Source: Oscillospiraceae bacterium (GTDB lineage: Bacteria; Bacillota; Clostridia; Oscillospirales; Ruminococcaceae). From it: a stretch of 64,000 nt of DNA. Positions 5,758 to 13,741 of this stretch are shown here, piece by piece. How positions within the stretch are numbered: the first letter of the stretch is position 1; each line of letters begins with the position of its first letter. The stretch is taken from contig JAFLUG010000002.1 in NCBI GenBank assembly GCA_022508885.1, positions 6,816 through 70,815 on the forward strand. Reading direction: 5' to 3'. Under the pieces are notes generated by a model. That model was not told the DNA's origin. It searched no databases and worked only from the letters and a program-made list of their open reading frames with translations. A program made the position numbers and the translations under genes.

Positions 5758-7530
5758 GTGAAAAAGGTTTCTTCGGTTTTAATGGCTGTTGTAATATTTC
5801 TTGTTTGCGTTCTCTCTTGCTCGCTTACTGTCTTTGCCATTGGCGAGTTTTTGATTGATTATTCTGTATCTTATGTTTTAGATTACTTTTCGGATAATCT
5901 TTTAAATTCTCTTAATTCCGGTCAGGCAAAAATTGAAGCTGCTCGAAGCTATTATTTTTATAAGCTTGTAAATAACGAATATAACTATAATGGTTCTGTT
6001 TTTTCTTCCGATGGTACTCGTTTTACTGATGATTATTTAAATCATTGTTGGGACTATTATTTTGAAGTTGTTTCTGCAAATCGTAACGAATATGACAGTT
6101 CTGGAGATGTATTTTTGACAGCTGCAGGTTTTGACGGTTCTTCTTGGAAGTTGTCTATGATTGCTTTTGAAGATTTCGGTAATGAAAGCGGTAACACTAA
6201 TAATGAAAATACTTGGCGTTCTGACTATAAGAATTATTATCAAACCTATCTCGCCCGTTACATATTAGACCAAGGTGGCACAGCTTCCGACCCTAACCCC
6301 GGAAAAAGTGGTCTGGATATCGCTCCCGGATATGTAAGTTCCGACGATCTTAAGGAGCATATCAATAAGGAAAATACACTTTACAGTCCCAAAGGCAAAG
6401 ACCTTTTCTTAAATTCCTATCGTACCGATAAGAACTATCATAGAGAAAAAATTCCTTCCGGTTATACGGATAGCCTTTACTATGTCACATTGTTTCAAAA
6501 TCCTCAGACTATGGAGTGTTTGAGGGATTTGTATTGTCTGCCGTTCTATAAAGCTGAGGACGGCACAATGTACTATTGTGACTATATGTTCCATTATTAT
6601 TGGGTTGCTAATGATGATCCAAATTCAGATATTGCCTTTCGTGCTGACGTTTATCAGTTCAATCAGACTTTAGGCTATATTTATCATGACGAGTATTCCG
6701 GAATTATTTATGAGGGTTTAAGTTATTCTATGCCTTATCAGATAAGGACAGCCGCTTTTACTTATTCCGGCTCGGGTCATTATAATGATTCACCTTATTT
6801 TTCTTTCGTTTCAGATTTAACTGAATATGACGACTGTAAAGCTACTATATATCAAACTGTTCCATATCTTGCCTTGAAATTTTCGTATTTCTTGCCCGAC
6901 TATTCAGCTTCCTATCTTTTTTATAGATACAGTACTAATTCCTCGTATATTACAATTTACAAGAATTTTTTTAATTCAAGTCTTTCCGGTTATCCTTACA
7001 GCAAAAACCCTAACACTAACAATGATTATGGTTTCATCTGCTCCGAAAGCATGATTTCAACCGTTTACAATATAGACAGCTCTCGCATTCCTTCCGGTCA
7101 GATCATTCAGATCACCGGAGATAGTAACGTATATAACTATTATATGACTGATCCCGAAACAGGGCATAGCAGTACTGTAAACGAGTTTGTAGAAAACAAT
7201 TATACATATATCACCAATAACAACGGGGGAGAGGGAAGCGGATCCGGCGGAGCTGGCGGAGATATAAACGTCAGCGGTAAAGTTGATGTTGAAGGAGATA
7301 TCCACGTTGGTGTTGACGTTAATATAAATCAGGGCGGAACCGGAGTAAATCCCGATGATTTCATACAAGGCGATTTAGATCTTGGCGGTTATTATGACGA
7401 TGCTGTAGATATGGCTTCCGGCGTTAATAATTTTATGCAGCTTTTCTTCTCGTTTCTTCCTGCTGAAATTTTATCGCTTCTTGGTATTCTTATAGCTGTC
7501 GCAATAGTCTGTCGGCTTCTTGGGCGGTGA
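5758..7530 (+). CDS. pIII-like adsorption / minor coat protein, 590 aa
   Basis: GTG start after GAGGTG. Signal peptide MKKVSSVLMAVVIFLVCVLSCSLTVFA. Long Tyr/Asn/Ser-rich ectodomain. Gly-rich linker NNNGGEGSGSGGAGGD. C-terminal membrane anchor LSLLGILIAVAIVCRLLGR. Confidence 0.65.
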   Translation: MKKVSSVLMAVVIFLVCVLSCSLTVFAIGEFLIDYSVSYVLDYFSDNLLNSLNSGQAKIEAARSYYFYKLVNNEYNYNGSVFSSDGTRFTDDYLNHCWDYYFEVVSANRNEYDSSGDVFLTAAGFDGSSWKLSMIAFEDFGNESGNTNNENTWRSDYKNYYQTYLARYILDQGGTASDPNPGKSGLDIAPGYVSSDDLKEHINKENTLYSPKGKDLFLNSYRTDKNYHREKIPSGYTDSLYYVTLFQNPQTMECLRDLYCLPFYKAEDGTMYYCDYMFHYYWVANDDPNSDIAFRADVYQFNQTLGYIYHDEYSGIIYEGLSYSMPYQIRTAAFTYSGSGHYNDSPYFSFVSDLTEYDDCKATIYQTVPYLALKFSYFLPDYSASYLFYRYSTNSSYITIYKNFFNSSLSGYPYSKNPNTNNDYGFICSESMISTVYNIDSSRIPSGQIIQITGDSNVYNYYMTDPETGHSSTVNEFVENNYTYITNNNGGEGSGSGGAGGDINVSGKVDVEGDIHVGVDVNINQGGTGVNPDDFIQGDLDLGGYYDDAVDMASGVNNFMQLFFSFLPAEILSLLGILIAVAIVCRLLGR

Positions 7531-7534
7531 GTAT

Positions 7535-7714
7535 ATGACGTTTGATTTAAGCGGCTTCGTTGAGCTTGGCACATGGCTTTTTTCTATCGGAAAATCTATA
7601 TTTGAAAGCTTCGTTTTTGATTTCGGCGATTTCCAAATTAATGGCTTTGCTTTGATGATTGGAATAGCTGTATTTTGCATTATATGTTATCTTTTAGGGA
7701 GAATTACTGAATAA
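7535..7714 (+). CDS. 59-aa membrane protein (pVI-like position)
   Basis: The ATG at 7535 lies 4 nt after the pIII-like stop. Sequence MTFDLSGFVELGTWLFSIGKS...GFALMIGIAVFCIICYLLGRITE. Its stop overlaps the next ATG (TAATG). Confidence 0.55.
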   Translation: MTFDLSGFVELGTWLFSIGKSIFESFVFDFGDFQINGFALMIGIAVFCIICYLLGRITE

Positions 7715-8391
7715 TGGGAATAGCAGAAATAATTGAAATAATTGAAATTGTCAATTTTGCTTTGGAGCTTTCCGAAGCTATTGAAAACGGTGTAAATTAC
7801 ATAATTGAGAAGTTTGTAGATTCTTCCGGTAATGTATGTACACGGATTGTATATCGTTATGACAGTACGGGCGACGGTGTAGAGGACAGCGAGGAGATTA
7901 TTTATACTCTTCAGCAGACTATTCCTAAACTTTATGATGGTTATTGCCTTGTAAATAAAGGAAATGAAATTGGCTTGGGTCAGCCTTCTTTAAAGCTTGT
8001 AGACGCTTCCGAGCTTCTTCCTATACTCGGTGATACTTATTCCGTTATATCTGATGGAGAAGGTATTAAAATAGATTTTGATGATGACGGCTTCATTGAT
8101 GATATTTTTTTTCCTGCTCCATACGATTTTTCCGGTGACGGTATAAACGATTGGTATCAGATAGTCGATGATGACGATAACGGACTTCCGGATTGCGCTC
8201 CCGGTACTCCTTTTTATTCTGTCGGAAGTGACGAGTATAACTACATAATCGAAACGCAGTCAGATACCGAAGTTCCGGCTCTGGATAAGAGCTTTGCAAA
8301 CTATACCGTTACCGAGGCTCTTTTGTTCCTTATATTTGTAGCCGGAGCGATCGGCGTAGGTGCTAAATTTTTCAAGCGGAGGAATATTTAA
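7714..8391 (+). CDS. Acidic 225-aa protein with DxDG-type loops and a C-terminal TM anchor
   Basis: DDDGFIDD, SGDGINDW and DDDNGLPD resemble calcium-binding loops. The C-terminal ALLFLIFVAGAIGVGAKFFKRRNI is an anchor. Confidence 0.5.
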   Translation: MGIAEIIEIIEIVNFALELSEAIENGVNYIIEKFVDSSGNVCTRIVYRYDSTGDGVEDSEEIIYTLQQTIPKLYDGYCLVNKGNEIGLGQPSLKLVDASELLPILGDTYSVISDGEGIKIDFDDDGFIDDIFFPAPYDFSGDGINDWYQIVDDDDNGLPDCAPGTPFYSVGSDEYNYIIETQSDTEVPALDKSFANYTVTEALLFLIFVAGAIGVGAKFFKRRNI

Positions 8392-8392
8392 T

Positions 8393-8539
8393 ATGAGCTT
8401 AGATAATATCTGGTTTGGCAGTTTCGAGGACGTTGTTTCTTGGCTCTGTTCCGCTGTTCCTTACGCTTTCGTATCTGTCTTTGTTCTTTCATGCGTATTC
8501 TCTGTTTTTGAAACTGTTTCGAATTGGGGTAGAAAATGA
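8393..8539 (+). CDS. 48-aa single-TM protein
   Basis: Own translation: MSLDNIWFGSFEDVVSWLCSAVPYAFVSVFVLSCVFSVFETVSNWGRK. RBS GGAGG upstream. Confidence 0.45.
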   Translation: MSLDNIWFGSFEDVVSWLCSAVPYAFVSVFVLSCVFSVFETVSNWGRK

Positions 8540-8658
8540 TGTTTGAGCTTTCTAATCTTCGGGAATTTTTCTATTGGCTTACCGGCTTGGGTCCTGTTCT
8601 TTTCTTCTTTTTCATCGCTAAGAATTTCATTATTTTCTTCAGAAAGGACGGAAAGTAA
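8536..8658 (+). CDS. 40-aa single-TM protein
   Basis: Own translation: MMFELSNLREFFYWLTGLGPVLFFFFIAKNFIIFFRKDGK. ATGA overlap with the previous gene. Its stop abuts the next ATG (TAAATG). Confidence 0.45.
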   Translation: MMFELSNLREFFYWLTGLGPVLFFFFIAKNFIIFFRKDGK

Positions 8659-9462
8659 ATGTTTTCTGCTATAATCAGCGCTATAAAATGCGCTCCGAGG
8701 TTCTGGGCTTTTTTCTTCAAGGACTTTTATTATTACATAAAATACAAGAAGTGGAGCGATTTCAATTATTGGGGGCTTCATTTGTTCCTCGGTAAGTTTG
8801 GTTCCGGTAAGACTATTTCGGCTGTCCGGTACGCATATAACATCTGTAAGAACCATAAGGGCGTTACCGTTCTTACTAACCTTACGCTTACCAATTTTCC
8901 TAAGGATACCACTATTATTAAGTTGGTTAATTCCAATCAGATTAAGGAACTGCCTAATAATTCTATTGTTCTTATTGATGAAATAGGTACCATTTTCAAT
9001 TCTCGCGACTTTGCCTCTTCAAAAAAGTCCGTTCCGAAGCCTGTTTATCAGATAATTTTACAGTGCCGTCACAGGCGTATTATCATGATCGGCACTGTCC
9101 AGCGCTGGAATCTGTTGGATAAGCAGCTTAGAGATATCGCCGACACCGTCACTGAGTGCCGTAGTTTTTTCGGCGATCCTTTTTCCCGGTATACTACTTG
9201 TGCCAATTATGACGCTTACGAGTATGATAAGTGGTTCAATAATCCTCTTATTCCTCGCACTCTTCGTCGTTATTACGGATATATTCAGACCGACAAGCTG
9301 CGCAGTAAGTATGATACTATTGAAATGGTCGAGGGTATGCTCGATGCTGAATATATCCCCGATGAGCAGATCATACAGAACAGGGAAGGAACTTCCTTTT
9401 CTCCTGCTGAGTTTGAGAGCAAGTCCGCAAAAAAATCTATAAGAAAGGCGCTTAAGAGATGA
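8659..9462 (+). CDS. Zot/pI-like P-loop NTPase (filamentous-phage morphogenesis ATPase)
   Basis: Walker A GKFGSGKT and Walker B IVLIDEIG, with a hydrophobic N-terminal segment. It lies in the canonical position after the structural genes. Confidence 0.6.
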   Translation: MFSAIISAIKCAPRFWAFFFKDFYYYIKYKKWSDFNYWGLHLFLGKFGSGKTISAVRYAYNICKNHKGVTVLTNLTLTNFPKDTTIIKLVNSNQIKELPNNSIVLIDEIGTIFNSRDFASSKKSVPKPVYQIILQCRHRRIIMIGTVQRWNLLDKQLRDIADTVTECRSFFGDPFSRYTTCANYDAYEYDKWFNNPLIPRTLRRYYGYIQTDKLRSKYDTIEMVEGMLDAEYIPDEQIIQNREGTSFSPAEFESKSAKKSIRKALKR

Positions 9463-10715
9463 TTACCTGTAAGCCCAGCGATTATTTGACTATATCCCTT
9501 ATTCCGGATAAGGATAATAATATAGATTTGGCAGATTTTATTACTCTTTTGCTCGATACTATGCATCTTTCTGATATGCTCCCTCTCATGCGCTTTATGT
9601 GCTCAACCTCTAAATATGAGCAGATTTTGCGGTATGAGGATATCCAGATAAAAATTCCTTATGCCGAAAACTATAAGAAGCAGGGTATTTGCCTTGAATT
9701 TTCGGGAAATGGTGTAAATTATTATATCGAGTGGCTTAAAAGTAAATATAATACGAGCTTGCGCTCTGCGTGCAGACGTTTTTACGCGCTTGTGACAAAA
9801 GGCTTCAAGCCTAATTGTTCCCGCTTTGACGTGGCTTTTGATGAAAAAATACTTAATTCCGGAGAAGAGAAGTATCTCGATCTCGATGTTATAGAAAGTA
9901 CGCTTCGCTCTCGCTGTTTTGTTTCTTGTTTTCGGAAGGGCGATCCTGATCATAGCTCCGGAGAATTTTCTTCCGTGCTTATTGATTTATCCAAAGCTGA
10001 TGAAAAGCTCCATTGTGATTTCATCAGCTCCATGAACCTTTCAAACGGTGTTGTCGGTAAAACAATTCAGCTCGGCAAGCGTAATAGTTCTTCAGTTGTA
10101 CGCTTTTACGATAAAAGAGCTGAGCAAGAGGTAAAAGGGGTAGAGCTGCCTAATAATCTTTCTTCTTGGGTTCGTTGTGAGTGCGAGTTTAAGAAACTTA
10201 ACGCTAATTCTGTTATGATGAAATTTGTTGAACTTTCGGAAAAGGATTTTGTTACATACTGCTCCGGTGTGCTTCTTAACCTTATTCGTTTCATCAATCT
10301 TGACCGCTCACGCCGCTCAAATTGTACTGTCTGCGATTGGTGGCTTGGTTTCCTCAAACACGCTAAGCGCGCGAAATTGGTGCATTTCAAGCCTCAGCGT
10401 AATAAATATATCCGTGCTGTAGCTTACCAAAAGAAAAGCGTTTCAGCTTGTCTTACCGCAATTTCTATGTGTGATCCTCGCGAAATACGCAGTATTTACG
10501 AATCCGGTCTTGATATGGTTGCCGACAGTAAATCCGCTCAGGCTATAATCGCGGACTATAACGCTTTGAAGAATTTAAGCCCTTACGAGTTTGATAAAGA
10601 ATGTCACCGTTCATTGGATCCGTTGACCGGGGTTCAGTTTTTGCGCCTGTTTACGGCTAAATCTGATGACGAGTTCAATCAATTCCTTTCCGAGCTTAAA
10701 AAGGAGATAGCTTGA
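9459..10715 (+). CDS. Rolling-circle replication initiator (Rep_trans / replication initiation factor family)
   Basis: RFDVAFDE, VRFYDKRAEQE and WVRCECEFK match my recollection of the Rep_trans (pT181 RepC / phage RCR initiator) conserved blocks. ATGA overlap with the ATPase gene. Confidence 0.7.
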   Translation: MITCKPSDYLTISLIPDKDNNIDLADFITLLLDTMHLSDMLPLMRFMCSTSKYEQILRYEDIQIKIPYAENYKKQGICLEFSGNGVNYYIEWLKSKYNTSLRSACRRFYALVTKGFKPNCSRFDVAFDEKILNSGEEKYLDLDVIESTLRSRCFVSCFRKGDPDHSSGEFSSVLIDLSKADEKLHCDFISSMNLSNGVVGKTIQLGKRNSSSVVRFYDKRAEQEVKGVELPNNLSSWVRCECEFKKLNANSVMMKFVELSEKDFVTYCSGVLLNLIRFINLDRSRRSNCTVCDWWLGFLKHAKRAKLVHFKPQRNKYIRAVAYQKKSVSACLTAISMCDPREIRSIYESGLDMVADSKSAQAIIADYNALKNLSPYEFDKECHRSLDPLTGVQFLRLFTAKSDDEFNQFLSELKKEIA

Positions 10716-10987
10716 TAGTGTGTGATTGGTGGAGCTGCGCACATTTTGAGGACTGTAAAGCTCGTTGCATTTTCTCCGGTTCTAAATATCCGGCTTGCTA
10801 TATGTGCGTACATTTTGATATGTGTGATGTTTGCACTGAGTATGTCAATTGTGCCGATCTGGTTACTCGTTATCTTCCGAATATGTTCCGTAGACTTGTA
10901 AGAGATATCCGGCTTGGGGAAGATACCGAACGGACAAATCAGTTTATACGCCGTAATACTCTCGGCGGTCAGAAGCGTGATGTCTGA
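10712..10987 (+). CDS. Cys-rich 91-aa protein (11 Cys in the first 47 residues)
   Basis: MIVCDWWSCAHFEDCKARCIFSGSKYPACYMCVHFDMCDVCTEYVNC... TTG start 5 nt after AAGGAG, overlapping the Rep stop. Confidence 0.45.
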   Translation: MIVCDWWSCAHFEDCKARCIFSGSKYPACYMCVHFDMCDVCTEYVNCADLVTRYLPNMFRRLVRDIRLGEDTERTNQFIRRNTLGGQKRDV

Positions 10988-10995
10988 CCGCTTAC

Positions 10996-11024
10996 TTGAC
11001 ATATTCTGGTCATAATGGTATAAT
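10996..11024 (+). promoter_or_regulatory. Consensus sigma-70 promoter (phage side of the right junction) now driving the recombinase gene
   Basis: TTGACA (10996-11001), 17-nt spacer, TATAAT (11019-11024). Confidence 0.6.
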
Positions 11025-11029
11025 GTCCT

Positions 11030-11078
11030 CAGTAGGGCAAAATATGAGCTATTGCGTAAAATAGAAATTTTACGCAAT
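11030..11078 (+). repeat. Right copy of the junction repeat, containing a perfect 28-bp palindromic tyrosine-recombinase core site
   Basis: ATTGCGTAAAA-TAGAAA-TTTTACGCAAT (11051-11078) reads as 11-6-11, or equally as 12-bp perfect arms around AGAA. It lies between the -10 box and the RBS (AGGGGGA) of the recombinase gene. Confidence 0.75.
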
Positions 11079-11091
11079 ATAGGGGGATAGT

Positions 11092-12138
11092 ATGACAGAA
11101 AATAAAAATTACAATAACGCGCCTCAGTCTATCAGGGATTTTATTTATTACGAGCAAATTGTAAAGGGTCGTTCAGAGCTTACTGTAAAAAACTATTTTA
11201 ACGATTTAAAAAGTTTTTTCAGATTTTATAAAATCAAAAACGGTCTTGCGAACGAAAAGGATTTCTCAACAATTGATATTTCGGATATTTCTGATGATGA
11301 TATTAAATCCGTTGATTTACAGTATGCTCAGGAATTTCTGATATTTATGCAAACTAAAATGGCTAATCAGCAAAAAGCCCGCTATCGTAAGGCTGTGACA
11401 CTTCGTCAGTTTTACAAATTTCTTACTAACAACAAAAACATGTTCGAAGTCAGTCCTATGGCAAATTTGGAGCTTCCAAGCCCAAAACCGGCACTTCCGA
11501 AATATCTTACACTTGAGCAGTCTCTTGAATTGCTGGTTAATGTAGATACTCCTGATACAAAGCGCGATTATTGTATAATCGTATTCTTTCTCAACTGCGG
11601 AATGCGTTTATCGGAGCTTGTGGGAATAAATATGAGCGATATACGGAAAACACGCGATAAGGACGGAAACGAAATTTACTCGATGAAAGTCCTCGGAAAA
11701 GGCAGTAAAGAGCGAATTATTTATCTCAACGACGCTTGTGTTAATGCTTACTATGATTATATCTCGCCTGAGATAACCGATCCCGATATTCGAAATGAAA
11801 AAGGTCTGCGCGATATGTCCGCACAGACAGACGCTTTGTTTTTGAGCCGCAGACGTACAAGAATATCAAACCGCCGTGTTCAGCAAATCGTTGAGGATTG
11901 TCTGAAGAAAAGCGGGCTTGACAATATGGGGCTTTCGGTACATAAGCTGCGTCATACAGCGGCTACGCTGATGTATCAGAACGGCGTTGACGTTCGTGTG
12001 CTTAAAGATGTTCTCGGACACGAAAATCTCAATACAACACAAATCTACACCCATGTTTCAAATGCTCAGATGGAAAACGCTATGAAGAAAAATCCGCTTG
12101 CGTCGGTAAATAATAAATCAAAAAATGATAAAGGGTGA
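11092..12138 (+). CDS. Xer/phage-integrase-family tyrosine recombinase, 348 aa
   Basis: N-terminal SAM-like core-binding domain (TVKNYFNDLKSFFRFY). Catalytic signature GMRLSEL ... KGSKER ... HKLRHTAAT ... LGHENLNTTQIYTHV (R-K-HxxR-H-Y). Confidence 0.88.
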   Translation: MTENKNYNNAPQSIRDFIYYEQIVKGRSELTVKNYFNDLKSFFRFYKIKNGLANEKDFSTIDISDISDDDIKSVDLQYAQEFLIFMQTKMANQQKARYRKAVTLRQFYKFLTNNKNMFEVSPMANLELPSPKPALPKYLTLEQSLELLVNVDTPDTKRDYCIIVFFLNCGMRLSELVGINMSDIRKTRDKDGNEIYSMKVLGKGSKERIIYLNDACVNAYYDYISPEITDPDIRNEKGLRDMSAQTDALFLSRRRTRISNRRVQQIVEDCLKKSGLDNMGLSVHKLRHTAATLMYQNGVDVRVLKDVLGHENLNTTQIYTHVSNAQMENAMKKNPLASVNNKSKNDKG

Positions 12139-12143
12139 CATGA

Positions 12144-12914
12144 TTAGTCTCCTGTATTAAGCTTTTTCTTGAATATTAAAATTGTTAAAATGAGTATGCA
12201 TCCTATTAAAACAACATTATATTTTACAGGCGCTATAAAACAAATGTTAAAAATCATATGTGATAAAGAAACTATTAATATACTTTTATATCTATAAAAA
12301 AGTATTCCTAAAATAAATGAAATTAAAATTGTCCATACAAAATATATAAGTATCTCCCTAAATCCTAAGGAATTTCTTATTGCCCACATAGGAATATGCC
12401 AAATTGGCCAAACAATTCCAACATATACCAAAGAAGTTTTATTCCCTTTTTCATTTGCTATTTTATTCAGCAAAAAACCTCTCCATGCGATTTCCTCAAC
12501 CAATGCTGTCACAAATAAATAGATACAGTTGATTAAGACTGCTAAAACATTTGGATAAGTGTTTGTGAATAAATCTTTATCGTCTGTAATCAAGCAATAT
12601 ATAATTGAAAAAGATAATCCAACACTTCCCAAGATTACACAATAAAATATTGCTTGACATTTTACTTTTTCTGCAAATAAACCAAAAAACCATTTTTTAA
12701 AGATTCTATCTTTTAAGGAAAATAATATGGATACCACAAGTGGTATGGTAACAAATAAGTATTTAGCATTAAGTATCACTTGGGAGATATGAATATCGTT
12801 TTTTTCCAAAAACATAGGGAGATAGCATAAATAAGAAAGTATTAGAACCAAAGATGTCCACAACAATACTTTCATATCCGGTTTTTTCGTACTCATTTCA
12901 TTTTCCTCGTTCAT
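12144..12914 (-). CDS. CPBP (CAAX/Abi) family intramembrane metalloprotease
   Basis: Multi-TM protein with the EEIAWRGFL motif and a distal SHMIFN motif. It starts 8 nt downstream of the znuB stop, so it is the last gene of that operon. Start codon uncertain. Confidence 0.75.
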   Translation of the reverse strand: MNEENEMSTKKPDMKVLLWTSLVLILSYLCYLPMFLEKNDIHISQVILNAKYLFVTIPLVVSILFSLKDRIFKKWFFGLFAEKVKCQAIFYCVILGSVGLSFSIIYCLITDDKDLFTNTYPNVLAVLINCIYLFVTALVEEIAWRGFLLNKIANEKGNKTSLVYVGIVWPIWHIPMWAIRNSLGFREILIYFVWTILISFILGILFYRYKSILIVSLSHMIFNICFIAPVKYNVVLIGCILILTILIFKKKLNTGD

Positions 12915-12922
12915 AGTATCAG

Positions 12923-13741
12923 CTATTTATTCAAAATCTTCCCTACAGCAAAAAATCCCGCAAATGCCGCAATATTTACGCACACGATGCTTGCTCCGCA
13001 CGGAGTATCAAAAGCATAGGAAATTATCATGCCAATTATGAATGTTACCACGGAAACTACCGCAGAGCTTACAGTTACGGAAAGAAAACTTTTGAAAACA
13101 CGCATGGAACAAAGCGCCGGAAAAATTATGAGGCTTGAAATAAGCATACTGCCCATAAGCCGCATTCCTATAACGATCGTTATTGCCGTAAGCAGAGCGA
13201 TTAGCATATTATAGACGTTTACCGCGCCGCCTGTGGCTTTCGCAAAGCTTTCGTCGAATGTGATAGCAAAAATTTTCGTGTATAGAAATATAAACATAAA
13301 CAGCACGATAGAAGCTAAAATCACGCTGATTATAACATCGCTCCGGCTTACGGAAATAATACTTCCGAAAAGATAGCTGTTTATATCAACATTCGACCCG
13401 CTTGAGAGCGAAACGGCCATAACGCCTATCCCAAGCGCGCCTGTTGATATAAGCGCAATAGCCGCGTCGCCCTTGATCTTGCCGTTTGAGGACAACCTCA
13501 ACAGCAGAAACGCCGCGACGATTACAACGGGGATCGCAACTGCCATTGGCGCCAGATTCAACACCGTTGCAACCGCAAGAGCGCCGAATCCAACGTGTGA
13601 GAGCCCGTCTCCGATCATTGAAAAGCGCTTTAAAACCAGACTTACTCCGAGAAGCGCCGCGCAAAGCGATACTAAGATGCCCACAATAAGCGCTCTTACA
13701 AGCACGGGAGTACCGAGAATATCGGTTATTATTTCAGTCAA
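12923..13741 (-). CDS. znuB: Metal (zinc-type) ABC transporter permease, ABC-3 family
   Basis: 272-aa polytopic membrane protein with ABC-3-like sequence (GDGLSHVGFGALA). Part of an operon with the ATPase, the binding protein and Zur. Confidence 0.8.
   Translation of the reverse strand: MTEIITDILGTPVLVRALIVGILVSLCAALLGVSLVLKRFSMIGDGLSHVGFGALAVATVLNLAPMAVAIPVVIVAAFLLLRLSSNGKIKGDAAIALISTGALGIGVMAVSLSSGSNVDINSYLFGSIISVSRSDVIISVILASIVLFMFIFLYTKIFAITFDESFAKATGGAVNVYNMLIALLTAITIVIGMRLMGSMLISSLIIFPALCSMRVFKSFLSVTVSSAVVSVVTFIIGMIISYAFDTPCGASIVCVNIAAFAGFFAVGKILNK

Larger units (their letters stand above)
2996..11067 (+). mobile_element. Integrated inovirus-like (filamentous ssDNA phage) prophage, ~8.07 kb
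   Basis: Bounded by the 2979-2996 / 11051-11068 direct repeat. Visibly more AT-rich than the flanks (not computed). It carries a divergent XRE repressor and operators. A one-strand chain of start/stop-overlapping genes follows: small single-TM proteins, a 590-aa pIII-like protein, a Zot/pI-like P-loop ATPase and a Rep_trans-like initiator. A GC-rich hairpin cluster is also present. No capsid, terminase or tail genes. Confidence 0.8.

Noticed and set aside
8461-8856. 131-aa minus-strand ORF inside the phage morphogenesis block
   Set aside because: It is antisense to three tightly coupled plus-strand genes. It has no RBS and no motif, so it is probably a shadow ORF.
11051-11078. Interpreting the palindrome as the canonical chromosomal dif at the replication terminus
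   Set aside because: Gene orientation is predominantly minus on both sides of the site, with no convergence of strand bias. The sequence also does not resemble the Firmicute dif consensus I remember. I keep it as a dif-geometry recombinase site, not as a proven dif.
12940-12960. Inverted CTGTAGGGAAG resembling the CAGTAGGGAAA leader of the junction repeat, as a possible third att copy that would place the recombinase and the CPBP gene inside a larger element
   Set aside because: It is only an ~9-nt match, it lies inside the znuB coding sequence, and the core ATTGCGTAAAATAGAAA is absent. The CPBP gene also appears co-transcribed with znuB.
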